A DNA stretch of 64,000 nt from positions 1 through 64,000 of the IMG/VR virus record IMGVR_UViG_3300025138_009100. One strand, given 5' to 3'. Position 1 is the stretch's first letter; each line of letters starts with the position of its first letter. The position numbers and the translations under genes are program-made. This document shows positions 21,101 through 30,735 of the stretch, piece after piece. The notes below the pieces were generated by a model. The model searched no databases. It was not told where the DNA came from and saw only the letters and a program-made list of their open reading frames with translations. This DNA is from a virus.

Positions 21101-23485
21101 GTAAGAGAGGTTTATAGGGGGCCATTTGGATTTAAACCTTTACCTGTTAACGCAAGTGGTCAAGATTTGATTGAATCTCAGTCTTATATATTTAAGATGG
21201 AGCAAATTAGATCTGATCAATTAAAGGTAAAGAGTTGGAATTACGAAAGATTTTTATATAAAGATAACTACGAGGATAGTATTGACCCTTTGACGGCTGA
21301 TAAAACATATGGATACGGCGCACTTAAAGGAAATTATAATCCTATTTCTGAAAAATGGGCGTTTAATTATAAACCAGAACCGCAGGGTGGATTTTTTAAT
21401 TTTGCTCTTTATCCTAGAAACCTTTCTCTTTCTGAGATAGAGTCTAGGTCTATGCCGGATAGTAAACTGTCTCCTGCTACTCGTTATAAGTTTATTCCAA
21501 AAGATCTAACTAATTTTGTGTCAGAAAACGGAAGAATACATTGCTATGTCAGGTACGATAATAGTCAGTATTTAGATTTTAGAGGAATATCTGCTGATTC
21601 TATTACACAGGAAGTTGTTGCAGGAAACACTCTTATTCCCGACATGCTCTCTGAGTTAGATAATGTTTCAGTGAACATACCTCTTCCAGAAGGTAGCAAA
21701 AGCAGAAGAGAATCAAGCGATGAAAAAAGAAAACCTGCTGTAGCTTTTGTCAAATGTGATGTTGACGAAAAATTGTATATGCCACCGAAAAGCGAAAATA
21801 CCCCCGCAATGGTTTACGGGAGAGATATAAAATACATTCCAAATTATTCTGCGCCAGAGGTTATAGAAGGAGAAGATGAGGATGGCTGCCGAACTTTTAC
21901 TTGCGTCCAAGCTTATTCTCAGCCCATATTTGCTCCGAACGACAGGACGGTTAAGATAACAGCATCTGATGTCGGATACGAAAGAATATTACCACCTCAA
22001 ACTATAGCATATAATGATACAGAGTTCATTGTTCGTCCTACATTTGGAAATCCTAATAGAATACTTGTAGGTGGAGGTCTAGATAGAACCGTTATAACAC
22101 ACGAAGAATACGCAAGGAGGTATGACAAAGAGCAAGATGCTTTTATTATAGACACAGAAAAAGAGAATTTAGACAGCGATCATGTATATGCTCTTATAAC
22201 CGTTCCGGGTAGAGTCACGACTACTATTAATCAAAGATATATGGATTCTGATTTCTTTAGCTTGGAAACAGTCAGTATTAAGAATGCTTTGACTCAAGAT
22301 GTTGTTAGGGGTCCAAAAGGATTTGAAAAGCCAGCGGAAATTGTTAACGAAAAAGTTCCCATAGATTGTTCACAGTTTACCTTTGAAGAATTAGAATCCG
22401 CAGCGAACACTCAAAGAGAGGCTATGAAATCCTCTGCAAATTCGAGGATGGATCGGCAGTATGCTACAACGCAACCTTCACCAATTTATCCAAACATTGT
22501 TGCTTTACCTCTCATGTCAACGGAAAGGTGCTATGGACCTTGGAGGTCTGCTGCAAATATAGCTGGTGGTAAAGATAGATATACAGACATTGGAGGTAAA
22601 ATAGAATTTGTTAAAGATGAAAATCTAGCGCCTTGGAATTACGCTGGATATCAATTAATGGACGAGGGTGGAAAACTTCAAGCGGAATTTTCTAATAGTT
22701 TGATGTTGTTTTCCGAAAGAGGTGGATTTGTTTTTCCTTCTACTCCATCTGGGATATCAATAGGAAAATCACTACAGGAAGGTGGACCGCTAGTAACATC
22801 TCTGTCAATCAATGTTTCTGAGGCGGGTGTAAAAAGTACTATTAAAATGGATCTTTATACTTCTAGGTTTGGTAAGCTTCAAAAACAAAAAGAAGAGGCT
22901 ATAGCACAAATCGTTAGAGAAAGACAAAAAATTATTGATACTAATAATGAAATGATCAGGAAGGGTATGATCAAAAGCGCTTCTAGTTCAAATATGAGTG
23001 CAGCGATTGCTAGTCAGGTGAATCAATTTTTCGCCACTACTGATGATTTCACTGGCATAGAAAGAAATAAAGAAGCTTCCCAGAATCTTACTTACGAAGT
23101 TAGAAAAAGCTCAAGGGTCGTTAAAAATCTTGAAACTGGTGAATCTTTCACTAAAGAGGAGCAGGCACAAATGGTGGCAGACTTTGATGCATATGGAAAA
23201 GAACTTGGGGATTATTGGAGTCCCATTGACTGGGAGCTTATGTTCACCCCCCAGCCCGGTCATAATACTTCAATATATGACACGGAGACTATTCTTCCTG
23301 ATGGTCTCGCGGGAAGTCGATCAAAATTCGCCACGACATCAAACCGTAACTTGGGTCAGATGGTATTTGGACCGAGACCTATGCCTACGGAGGAATCGCC
23401 AGACACGCAAGCTATCATAGAGAGGACGTATGGAGAAGGGTTCAAGCTCAATGAGAGATTTAATAGCACTCTAGAAGGCTTTTAA
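18155..23485 (+). CDS. Large putative tail/baseplate hub-like protein (~1776 aa)
   Basis: ATG 18155 (MSEKHK) follows the upstream stop with GAGGA upstream, so it is preferred to GTG 18050. The C-terminal GPLVTSLSINVSEAGVKSTIKM followed by a coiled coil resembles tail-tip proteins. Confidence 0.55.
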   Translation: MSEKHKPDYSVVPPTGAFDQDQAAGSGSEWPSKFVLPQGPSGTFSNGGWTEGNEGFVQQTFLGASIRNFNIAGGFGDSSSNLSVELIEDEYNKSDSTFLGLGDDVYHSGNGDKFVAPPVGSPVFFKFGKNWATVEQAYRRIIDETYGISSIDLEKWNFEDELIQTSGAFSRTPYEASGEWPNEREKYYLRNQEKTKLFSDIEDPRDDLRTWVDKSFLYTHDDKDRGYQHFTFGGILQSTSETRGANGNPSHSAKVTDPREILSNCAIILNDYAGTTFNNKNLFNVYGFLEYDPSDELQKRLDEKAQYKWTIKKQVSSTGQVKHVGFDAKLGTSALNPSDTNWDLYKFPQTVQSAGSAGKIFTAEAIDTDVGAASELYPKFFPITGEGFSRRSEQGIPWYRVSHALAALFEQYGKLPEEYLEAGFGGTIDFRGFNYIVDFGGIPTEKIPNIYMMNYNQTDLLSIAQELCDIISHDLFVSLFPVIDPLTSLKEDTDEKAAIMNSAFAKNNYWTKKASGYDPSSDKYKQYMSNIIHGIIRVDAIDRSKQPTYGSIQSYINRLENQGIYVENRNLGFELANITTDKFVAGAQEVEMHYFSTYKDRDSLEARKQAAGIPNKLQYINEKQWSLEASLKQQVLPFYGFLGKGALSIPRGFGSYQQIMLDTSALDAHGVGNYYVATEIELRAALVSYDNWADLLARQYNETYIQEVGNLKGFYNELFRTKSEDIEGLGNIPEGDPFNIRDLENREFGVSVPRCVFNSEKNFMGPDGYPASPCSPPYGYPLYYKRAEKLGINRASLANLSSKIDEVITQVNKIEDFANSDEDTNSLKIEKRSLEQILTTSYNLIVATSSQAAFDGSSRYYTNEAFNEANTCVFSQIEAIEEEIEKFTEAGNHPAILSHIKESAVALSAEVGRMSRRGYKNSKKVYDFIRKIAEENLGKKFLVKIPRYCNVNYSEDIKLKKQIGIQGVDEDENPIYGDFTDSVREVYRGPFGFKPLPVNASGQDLIESQSYIFKMEQIRSDQLKVKSWNYERFLYKDNYEDSIDPLTADKTYGYGALKGNYNPISEKWAFNYKPEPQGGFFNFALYPRNLSLSEIESRSMPDSKLSPATRYKFIPKDLTNFVSENGRIHCYVRYDNSQYLDFRGISADSITQEVVAGNTLIPDMLSELDNVSVNIPLPEGSKSRRESSDEKRKPAVAFVKCDVDEKLYMPPKSENTPAMVYGRDIKYIPNYSAPEVIEGEDEDGCRTFTCVQAYSQPIFAPNDRTVKITASDVGYERILPPQTIAYNDTEFIVRPTFGNPNRILVGGGLDRTVITHEEYARRYDKEQDAFIIDTEKENLDSDHVYALITVPGRVTTTINQRYMDSDFFSLETVSIKNALTQDVVRGPKGFEKPAEIVNEKVPIDCSQFTFEELESAANTQREAMKSSANSRMDRQYATTQPSPIYPNIVALPLMSTERCYGPWRSAANIAGGKDRYTDIGGKIEFVKDENLAPWNYAGYQLMDEGGKLQAEFSNSLMLFSERGGFVFPSTPSGISIGKSLQEGGPLVTSLSINVSEAGVKSTIKMDLYTSRFGKLQKQKEEAIAQIVRERQKIIDTNNEMIRKGMIKSASSSNMSAAIASQVNQFFATTDDFTGIERNKEASQNLTYEVRKSSRVVKNLETGESFTKEEQAQMVADFDAYGKELGDYWSPIDWELMFTPQPGHNTSIYDTETILPDGLAGSRSKFATTSNRNLGQMVFGPRPMPTEESPDTQAIIERTYGEGFKLNERFNSTLEGF

Positions 23486-23534
23486 TGCAGATAATCTTAC
23501 GGAATAAGAATAACTAAGGACAAGAGAGAAAAAA

Positions 23535-26500
23535 ATGAAACCAAATTTATATTCTAATCAAGAAAAAAGCAAAAGCGAAAGCTTTCACTCTATAACTACA
23601 GATAATCTCAGATTTCAAGATTTGGGACTAGGAGTATTTACAACCGGAACGCTCTACGACTGGATTTGCACTTTACCGCAGGGGCCAAAAAGAGTAGATT
23701 TTGAATATATTGGTGCAGTTTACGACAGGATAAGAGGTGAGCCTGATACTCCAAGCGAAGAAGATTATTACAAACAGCAGGTAGGACAATATAAAAACCT
23801 TAGATTCTGGTTGAATAAATTTTCAGGAACTGTTTCTTCTACTAGCAACTCATTATACTCTCAACTTCCGCTACAGAATATTTTCGAGCCAATCGCAGCA
23901 TCCATCGACGAATCCTGTTCGCGTTACGAATTTCCGTACACCGTATCTTTTTACGCTTGGAGAAACAGCGGAAGAAATGGAGAATATATTCTTGTGAAGG
24001 GAGGGGGAGACACAGAGCAAGACGTGATGAACTGGGAGTTTTCTGAAGGTAGTGAAAACTACAGATGGAGTGATCTTAGGATAGAAGATCTTGTTGGCAG
24101 AACATATAATAGAAACTCTAAATATCTTTATAATATAGAAAAGTTTCCTCTTGGTTCCAGAGGTGATTCTCTCCTAATAAGAAATATTATAGAGATGAAT
24201 AATTATGTCAACACCCTGAGAAGTGTAAACTATAATGATTGGACGAGTACAGATAGGGCTAGATATAGATTTATACAAGACATCAAGTCTAGCAAATATG
24301 GATGTCTTGAATGGAAAGCCAATATTACTTTTCTTTTGGATATACCTAACGTTTTAGTTGAAGAAGGTATAAGTCTTGACGGATGTAATGATTGCGCAAA
24401 AGAAGTTACTACTACATTTAAACTGCGTCTGTTCGGTATAGATACTAAAAAAAGAACGGGAAGATCTGTTGCTTCTACAGACACGACGATAATTCAAACA
24501 AAAACCACTCCTGTTGGCACACCTTATATCTATAGAGACGAAACTGGTGCTGATCCACCAAGTATAAATCCAAGCCCTAGAAACGGAACCGCTGGCGAGC
24601 TTTCTAATCACTACGTACCGCTTGAAGGTAAATTCGAGTCTGGAACTACTCAGGTTTTTGCCATAATGACGGAAGACCTCCCCGGCGCAGAGCAGCCTAC
24701 AGTGCAAGAGACGCTAGAGGAAGATTCTCCCTTTTTGACAAATAAAAGTACTGGATTCGGTGTACAGACTGGGAAGGCGGTTGTCGTAAGTATGCAAAAT
24801 GCAAACCCTAAACAATGGATGCCAGACTTTGCAAGCCCTAGAAAATGTAGAAACAAAGATAACACAAAGGTTGTTTTAACTGTTCATAATCCTACAAGTA
24901 GATCGTTTACTAAGGGTGAGAATGTAATATTACAAAAATTAGACGGTGTCTGGGTTCCACTTAGCGTTGGAGAGGGTTCTGCCTCCATAGCTCCCGCCGA
25001 CCCCAACTGGGATTTTATGTACTTAATGACTAATAGTATGTTTTTCTTTAGAAATCATGATTGGGTAAGAAAGCAAGCAAAACGCGGTAATACAAAACTA
25101 ACAGATTGGGATGATATTGGCGGAGAAGATCAAACCATATCCAAACCAAATAATTACGAACAGTCTTTTTATTATAACTACTATCGAAGACAAGAAGAAC
25201 AAGAGAGACAACAAGTCTCATTCACTAATCCTTCCATAATTGATATCACAGACAATCAACAGAGATATCCAACGTCTGTTTTTCATTATGCTGGTGTTAT
25301 TAATGGGTATATGCAGGTTACCTCTTGGGATTTTATGGGTATTGGAATTGGTGGCACAAGAAGAAATATGTCTGCCAACAGCAATCCTGTACTATCAGAA
25401 GCAGCGGCTACCGGCGAGGCATACGCTGGTGACGACGGTATAAATGGTAACGCGCTTTCTACAACCCAGTTTAGCATAGACACAAATGGTAACCCATTTG
25501 ATAATGGTGGTATTGATGGCAAATTTAATTCCTACCCTTTCTTTGGGTGTGTTTTTCCAGAGGGGTATCAGGCTCAGTCTCAGTACGCCGAATTAATGGC
25601 GGACGACACTGATTTCTTTTTAGCGCCCAAAAACTTTCAATCAACCAATGACAAATATGAAGCTAATGGTAAATTCTTCTATGCTTCTAACGGTAAGCCA
25701 TTTGAAAATTTAAATAATGTTGCAAATGCTATTACTACTACTAAACATCAGGAGGCGGGAATGTTCCCTCAGTCAGAGGTCGGTACTTTAAAACATCTAC
25801 CTGCTGATATAGGAACGAACTGTGAGCCAAGCGGAACTTACGGAAGACCTATTTCAAATATTGGAATGATTGGATCTTTAAATCATCATATTGGAGATTT
25901 AACTTTTAGAAACACAGTAGCTGACTATTTTCAAGACGATAACCAAGGTCAGCCTAAAAGATATTCTTGGATGCATAAAAAAGACAGGACACAGGCTGAT
26001 GTAAATAAAACACATGAAAATGCACAAGACTTTATTTATGATTATAGTGATAGTGTGTTTGATCTTCAGCCAATGAACTCTTCTAAAATAGAATTTAGAC
26101 CTTTATCTCAAGAGGTTTATGCTTGTTTTGAATCTATAAACTTCGCCCCAAATACTAATCGAGTTTCTTTTGACGGTCTTTACGATCACCTTGGAGTAGG
26201 TACAGATAAAAGAGGTAAATTTTCTGTTAATGGTTATCAATTCGTACAAGCTTGGTTCAATGCCGACATCTCACCTTACGTTCCTGTTATATCTCCATTT
26301 GCTCTTTATAGAAATCCTCAAATTGTGCAAGTACCTGTGATCGCAGATCTTACGGACGTTAACGACGGAAGTAGCAATATAACAAAAGATTTGACGCTGT
26401 ATCATACATATAGAACTACTAATACGCCTGATAATACTAATGGTCTTAAATATAATATAGACTTAGCTGAATCAACTTTGGGTAGTCCCGTTGGACACTT

Positions 26501-28007
26501 ACCGGAAGGTCCAAACCACTCTTCTCAACGTTGGTTTGATGAGAACTGGATGACTCAGGATTTGAGTCCAGCGGGTGCTGTCGGAGTTATAGGCGCTGTT
26601 GCTACTTTTGCTACAAGAGATGCTTTACAGTTTGTTACAGAAAATGCCGTTGGCTTGGATGACTATATAGTTGGAATTGGCGCTGGTAGCGATTATTTTC
26701 CTTCTTATAGGGGCGGGGACTATGCTACTCTTGACACTACTCAGTTATACGCTAGAGTTTATCAGCAGTGGCCCAGAGATCAAATGATTTATGATCCTAG
26801 ATTTTTTGTTGTACATCACTTTAATGATGGTATTAAAATTTCAAGAGATACTGTAAATAAGGAATATTACGTAAACGGATCTCCCATAGATCGTGAACCA
26901 ACAGAAGAAGAACTCTCAGAGGGGTATCCGCTAGGAGCCTACGAAGTCGATAAAAAAGAAGCTGATGTTGACTTCAGGATTCCTACATCTTGGAATAACT
27001 CGCTCTTTGAAGTCGGAGGTTATGTTTATTCTGATTCTAAAAATGCCATTTTAAACGAACCCCATGCGGAGGCAGTATCTAAAATTAGAGAAAAATCTCA
27101 CTGGAGAATACAGCCACAGAGGAGGGGTAAGTTATTGCCCTATACTTATTCTAACGTAACAATTGGTATATCTAAAGAGCCAAAACAAGGAACGTTATTG
27201 GAAGGTCAATTTGCCTCTGCTAAACTTCACGACATTGTAATCATAAATCCCGGCTCTAAGTATGGAAAAGGCGATACATTCAAGCTTTCTGGAGCTAGCG
27301 GAGGTGGAGTTGTATTAAAAGCAAAGACATTAAATGATGAAGGGGGAGTTAGGACGTTTGAGGTTCTTGAGGTAGGTCTGGTTTTTGATACTAATGATTT
27401 TTTAAGTTCTGACCAAGAGATGAGATGGGAGACGGGAGGATCGTCTCCAACAGCACCGACTTCTATAATCGCAAGAGAAGTTGATAAGGGAACCGGACTT
27501 GAAGCTTATGTTATAAGGGGTCGAATGACAACAACGAAGATGACTGACACGAAACCCGCAGAAGCACTAGAAACAACGGGTCCAATAAAATTAGGGCCAG
27601 ATCCGTCTCTAGCTAACTCAGCAGTGCTGCAATTACAGCAAACAGACCCTAAAAATCAAATACTAAAGATAAATCCCAACGCAAGATCTAAGAATAATCA
27701 ATATGACGTGTTTTTTCACTACCATAATGACATTTCTCACAATAGAGTAAGTGAAACGGGTCCACCAAACGGTGTAGAACAAATGATTAGATTGAATGTG
27801 ATAACAGACGGCGGAGGGGGTAGCGCTGGCTCATTAACCTCTAACGCTCAGGGTGTTGGCTCAGATATTGACTTCCCTCCCGGTGGTGGTCCAGATCAAT
27901 TTGCCGGGTCGGACTGGGCTTTTCAGTCTAATGGTTTTGGAGGAGGGTTTTTAAATGGCGCTGGCGATTTCTTTGGCGCTGGTGGTATTGGTGGTGGCGG
28001 TTTTTAA
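23535..28007 (+). CDS. Large putative virion protein (1490 aa) with Gly/Phe-rich C-terminus
   Basis: Long ORF with AAGGA upstream; IVIINPGSKYGKGDTFKLSG resembles the 'ITNPGSGY' fibre motif; ends GFGGGFLNGAGDFFGAGGIGGGGF. Confidence 0.55.
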   Translation: MKPNLYSNQEKSKSESFHSITTDNLRFQDLGLGVFTTGTLYDWICTLPQGPKRVDFEYIGAVYDRIRGEPDTPSEEDYYKQQVGQYKNLRFWLNKFSGTVSSTSNSLYSQLPLQNIFEPIAASIDESCSRYEFPYTVSFYAWRNSGRNGEYILVKGGGDTEQDVMNWEFSEGSENYRWSDLRIEDLVGRTYNRNSKYLYNIEKFPLGSRGDSLLIRNIIEMNNYVNTLRSVNYNDWTSTDRARYRFIQDIKSSKYGCLEWKANITFLLDIPNVLVEEGISLDGCNDCAKEVTTTFKLRLFGIDTKKRTGRSVASTDTTIIQTKTTPVGTPYIYRDETGADPPSINPSPRNGTAGELSNHYVPLEGKFESGTTQVFAIMTEDLPGAEQPTVQETLEEDSPFLTNKSTGFGVQTGKAVVVSMQNANPKQWMPDFASPRKCRNKDNTKVVLTVHNPTSRSFTKGENVILQKLDGVWVPLSVGEGSASIAPADPNWDFMYLMTNSMFFFRNHDWVRKQAKRGNTKLTDWDDIGGEDQTISKPNNYEQSFYYNYYRRQEEQERQQVSFTNPSIIDITDNQQRYPTSVFHYAGVINGYMQVTSWDFMGIGIGGTRRNMSANSNPVLSEAAATGEAYAGDDGINGNALSTTQFSIDTNGNPFDNGGIDGKFNSYPFFGCVFPEGYQAQSQYAELMADDTDFFLAPKNFQSTNDKYEANGKFFYASNGKPFENLNNVANAITTTKHQEAGMFPQSEVGTLKHLPADIGTNCEPSGTYGRPISNIGMIGSLNHHIGDLTFRNTVADYFQDDNQGQPKRYSWMHKKDRTQADVNKTHENAQDFIYDYSDSVFDLQPMNSSKIEFRPLSQEVYACFESINFAPNTNRVSFDGLYDHLGVGTDKRGKFSVNGYQFVQAWFNADISPYVPVISPFALYRNPQIVQVPVIADLTDVNDGSSNITKDLTLYHTYRTTNTPDNTNGLKYNIDLAESTLGSPVGHLPEGPNHSSQRWFDENWMTQDLSPAGAVGVIGAVATFATRDALQFVTENAVGLDDYIVGIGAGSDYFPSYRGGDYATLDTTQLYARVYQQWPRDQMIYDPRFFVVHHFNDGIKISRDTVNKEYYVNGSPIDREPTEEELSEGYPLGAYEVDKKEADVDFRIPTSWNNSLFEVGGYVYSDSKNAILNEPHAEAVSKIREKSHWRIQPQRRGKLLPYTYSNVTIGISKEPKQGTLLEGQFASAKLHDIVIINPGSKYGKGDTFKLSGASGGGVVLKAKTLNDEGGVRTFEVLEVGLVFDTNDFLSSDQEMRWETGGSSPTAPTSIIAREVDKGTGLEAYVIRGRMTTTKMTDTKPAEALETTGPIKLGPDPSLANSAVLQLQQTDPKNQILKINPNARSKNNQYDVFFHYHNDISHNRVSETGPPNGVEQMIRLNVITDGGGGSAGSLTSNAQGVGSDIDFPPGGGPDQFAGSDWAFQSNGFGGGFLNGAGDFFGAGGIGGGGF

Positions 28008-28053
28008 ATAACACTGGCTTTTGTATGAGTTAAATAAACAAATAATTTTTTTC

Positions 28054-28063
28054 GTGTATAATA
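28054..28063 (+). promoter_or_regulatory. Candidate late promoter GTGTATAATA (TATAAT core, no -35), upstream of SD AGGAGA
   Basis: AT-rich intergenic region 32 nt before ATG 28096; no TTGACA-like hexamer at 17-18 bp. Confidence 0.45.
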
Positions 28064-28095
28064 TAACAGAATATTTCTTAATAGGAGATTAAATA

Positions 28096-28818
28096 ATGGC
28101 AGCTATAACATTTCATGTAAACCAAACTGGTTTTACAGCTACAGATAGAGACGCTACGCTCATTGGTCACGCACAGGGGTCTGGACTTGGCTTCTTTGGT
28201 AACAGTTTTGGCCTATCTGTTCCGGTTGGTCAATATCAAGAAAGTACGTTTGTTAGTAATTCAAACGGAACTGCATCTGGAGTTAAAGCCTCTAACACTA
28301 AATATATGAGTGCTAGCGGAGTATCTCACAACGGAGAAGGTGAGCTTGATAATGAAAAGATGCCAAATTACTACGCCCCATTGAATATTAGGTTTACTCA
28401 TGACGAGGCGGTTAGAGTTCAAAATTGTAAACTACGTATTTTTGACAGAGCAGACATTGCAAATCAAGCTAGCGGAGTGACAACCAAAGTTTATGAGGTT
28501 CGACATCCAAACCCACTTGCTACAGACACAACAAAGCTAGCCCATAGAGGTATATCTACTCATGACTGGTACGAATTCGATCCAGAAGAAAACATGACAG
28601 ACATGGCTCTAACCTCATCTCCGGGGATCAGCGGTCTAAATACAACTGCTGGAGACACCGTTAGTGCGGACGATGGAACTTATATAAATCAGACTTCAAA
28701 AGAAGGTGCTGCCCACGAATCTCTTCGTCACGATTGGTTTACTGCTCTTAGCGCTTCTCCCGATAGTATTGGTAGTAAAACGCAATATGGATTATATTTT
28801 ACTTTAGAATATCTATAA
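28096..28818 (+). CDS. Putative virion structural protein (240 aa, three ASGV motifs)
   Basis: Strong SD; Ser/Thr/Gly-rich and beta-rich; last gene of the + strand module. Confidence 0.55.
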   Translation: MAAITFHVNQTGFTATDRDATLIGHAQGSGLGFFGNSFGLSVPVGQYQESTFVSNSNGTASGVKASNTKYMSASGVSHNGEGELDNEKMPNYYAPLNIRFTHDEAVRVQNCKLRIFDRADIANQASGVTTKVYEVRHPNPLATDTTKLAHRGISTHDWYEFDPEENMTDMALTSSPGISGLNTTAGDTVSADDGTYINQTSKEGAAHESLRHDWFTALSASPDSIGSKTQYGLYFTLEYL

Positions 28819-28846
28819 AAAAAGAGCCGCCTTTCGACGACTCTCT
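28817..28846 (-). terminator. Intrinsic terminator for the minus-strand transcript
   Basis: Minus strand reads GAGTCGTC-GAAA-GGCGGCTC followed by a T7 tract; the stem has G-U pairs that form only on this strand, and the loop is a GNRA tetraloop. Confidence 0.8.
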
Positions 28847-28850
28847 AACT

Positions 28851-28881
28851 AGGCCAGTAGTGGTGTGCTACTGGCCTTTTC
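28851..28881 (+). terminator. Intrinsic terminator for the plus-strand structural transcript
   Basis: Perfect 10-bp stem AGGCCAGTAG/CTACTGGCCT with a 7-nt loop, followed by TTTCTATT. Confidence 0.7.
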
Positions 28882-29216
28882 TATTCATTCTGGCCTGTTT
28901 TGGCATTCCATTTTACCCAACCTCGATCTGGCAGCCAATTGCCGTCCCCATCCTTACGTTTAGGGAATAGGGTTCCACCCTTCTTGTTAACTCCAAACGC
29001 CAGACGCGCCCCGCAGTCTGCACATCTTAGTTCGTAATAGTCGTTCTCTTCTACGCTTCTTACTACAAATTTGACGTTGTCACTTCCGCACTTAGCACAA
29101 GTAGTCTCTTCAAAGACCTCTTGAAACCTAGCGATTTCTGCAAAGATTGACTTCTGGTCATCTCCAGAAAGTTCTACATTGAGGCGACCGTTTCTTGTTT
29201 GATATACTACTTTCAT
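28881..29216 (-). CDS. Small zinc-ribbon protein
   Basis: CAKCGS...RCADCGA; start MKVVYQ at 29216 gives an ATGA overlap with the upstream gene. Confidence 0.65.
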   Translation of the reverse strand: MKVVYQTRNGRLNVELSGDDQKSIFAEIARFQEVFEETTCAKCGSDNVKFVVRSVEENDYYELRCADCGARLAFGVNKKGGTLFPKRKDGDGNWLPDRGWVKWNAKTGQNE

Positions 29217-29968
29217 ACATTTCTCCAATCTTGTTGATAACCAGTAATTGAACTAGGGATTGTCCCTTTGTCTTGTTGATATTCGTTTAGCTTTTCAATA
29301 GCGTCACTTGCTTGTTTCTTGTCTATCTTCTTTGAGACAGACAAATTAAATACTTCCTTAAACAATTTTGCTGGATGGATATCCAGTTGTTTAGACTTTC
29401 CGTCTACGAACCGCTCTTGGTTCTCTGTCATTCTACCTGCTGATTGATATTCTCCTTGCGTAGTGTGTACCGCATTAGTTTGACTAATACTCTTAGCGAT
29501 CTCTGCGGTATTCTTTTTAGTGACTTCTTCTGCGGCTACAACACGTATTCTAAGCGCTTTCCTCAGAGCGCGACCTTCTGCTCGCGTTGCTGCTGTAGCA
29601 GTGTTATAGACACAAAATGTGTCGTCTGTGTTGCCCTCCCAAGAGTCAGCAACATCAGAGAAAGCAGACCCGTCTTCAAACTCTACCCGCCAAACGACAG
29701 TGGACCTGCCTATCTCGTTTCCTCCCTGCGGAGGAAAGACCTGAGTGGGACCACTAAATACGATTCTACCCATCAACAACTCTGCAACTCTCCTGAGTCC
29801 ATTACAGAGAGGCATCTTTTCAAACATCTCATTCTTCTCAAAGTGTCCTAGCACATAGTCATTCCACTCTGGATCTGTAGGACAAACTGCGCTCTCTACA
29901 ACATCCTTAGTTCCAGCCTTGGCGTTAGACGGGGTGCTAAGTTCAACATCTTCAAACAAATCGCTCAT
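29213..29968 (-). CDS. Putative Rad52/Sak-like single-strand annealing protein
   Basis: GLRRVAE...ATAATRAEGRALRKALRIRVVAAEE core and a C-terminal TENQ...KKQASDAIEKL module, as in phage annealing proteins. Confidence 0.5.
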   Translation of the reverse strand: MSDLFEDVELSTPSNAKAGTKDVVESAVCPTDPEWNDYVLGHFEKNEMFEKMPLCNGLRRVAELLMGRIVFSGPTQVFPPQGGNEIGRSTVVWRVEFEDGSAFSDVADSWEGNTDDTFCVYNTATAATRAEGRALRKALRIRVVAAEEVTKKNTAEIAKSISQTNAVHTTQGEYQSAGRMTENQERFVDGKSKQLDIHPAKLFKEVFNLSVSKKIDKKQASDAIEKLNEYQQDKGTIPSSITGYQQDWRNV

Positions 29969-30735
29969 AATTCAACCTCTATAAATCTTTTAGTCTTTGG
30001 TGGAAACTTTTCTTCAATGCTTTTTAATGTACTTACAATATTAGATATTAGGTTCTCCTTCTTTTTCAAACTGGCATTTGCTATTGCCTTGACTCTTATT
30101 ATAGCGAATCCACGGCTTAAAATTCTACCGCTTTTCTGTAAATCCGCTTTTATTTGTTTCTGTAGCTTCTCCTCTCCCCAGATAGGAAGGAAGTGTGAAG
30201 GTCCATCCACTTCTATTATAGTCTTGAGAGAAGGAATGTAAAGGTCTATTTCTAGTTTTTCATTAGGAATTAAATTCTTATTATGAAAATCTACTGTATA
30301 TCCGTTTGTGCTTAACTTGTCTGCTACAAACTTCTCTAGCTTAGACCCTTCCCTTCCAGCTTTTCTGATGGCATCAGTTGCTAATTTACACATTTTATCT
30401 CTTTGTGCAGCATCCATGTTTTTCCATCTTTCTTTAGCTTGGTCTACACGACCCTGCCGTTCTTCCTTTGTCATTGACTCCCAATGATTTTCCATTCCTT
30501 CACTAATTTTCAGCTTTTCATCCTCTGTTCTTTTTTTTCCCGCAGTAGGATGTTCACATCTTCCGCTCTGTAAAGCATTCTTCTGCGCCTCGCTCTTATT
30601 CTTTAGCTTGTATCCATTCTTAATCAAAGTCCTTCTTACTTTATTTGGATATGTATCCAGAGACTTAGCTATTTCATAAGTGCTTTTACTTTCTTCATTG
30701 TACATCTCTATAATTTGTTTGTCAAGATTGCTCAT
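29965..30735 (-). CDS. Vsr/DUF559-like endonuclease with HTH and NUMOD3-like repeats (free-standing homing endonuclease-like)
   Basis: GKKRTEDEKLKISE (NUMOD3-like); EIDLYIPSLKTIIEVDGPSHF catalytic motif; GFAIIRV C-terminus. Confidence 0.7.
   Translation of the reverse strand: MSNLDKQIIEMYNEESKSTYEIAKSLDTYPNKVRRTLIKNGYKLKNKSEAQKNALQSGRCEHPTAGKKRTEDEKLKISEGMENHWESMTKEERQGRVDQAKERWKNMDAAQRDKMCKLATDAIRKAGREGSKLEKFVADKLSTNGYTVDFHNKNLIPNEKLEIDLYIPSLKTIIEVDGPSHFLPIWGEEKLQKQIKADLQKSGRILSRGFAIIRVKAIANASLKKKENLISNIVSTLKSIEEKFPPKTKRFIEVEL

Noticed and set aside
4790-25522. Many short antisense or out-of-frame ORFs inside the large + strand genes
   Set aside because: They are shadow ORFs with no recognisable motifs, fully overlapping long genes.
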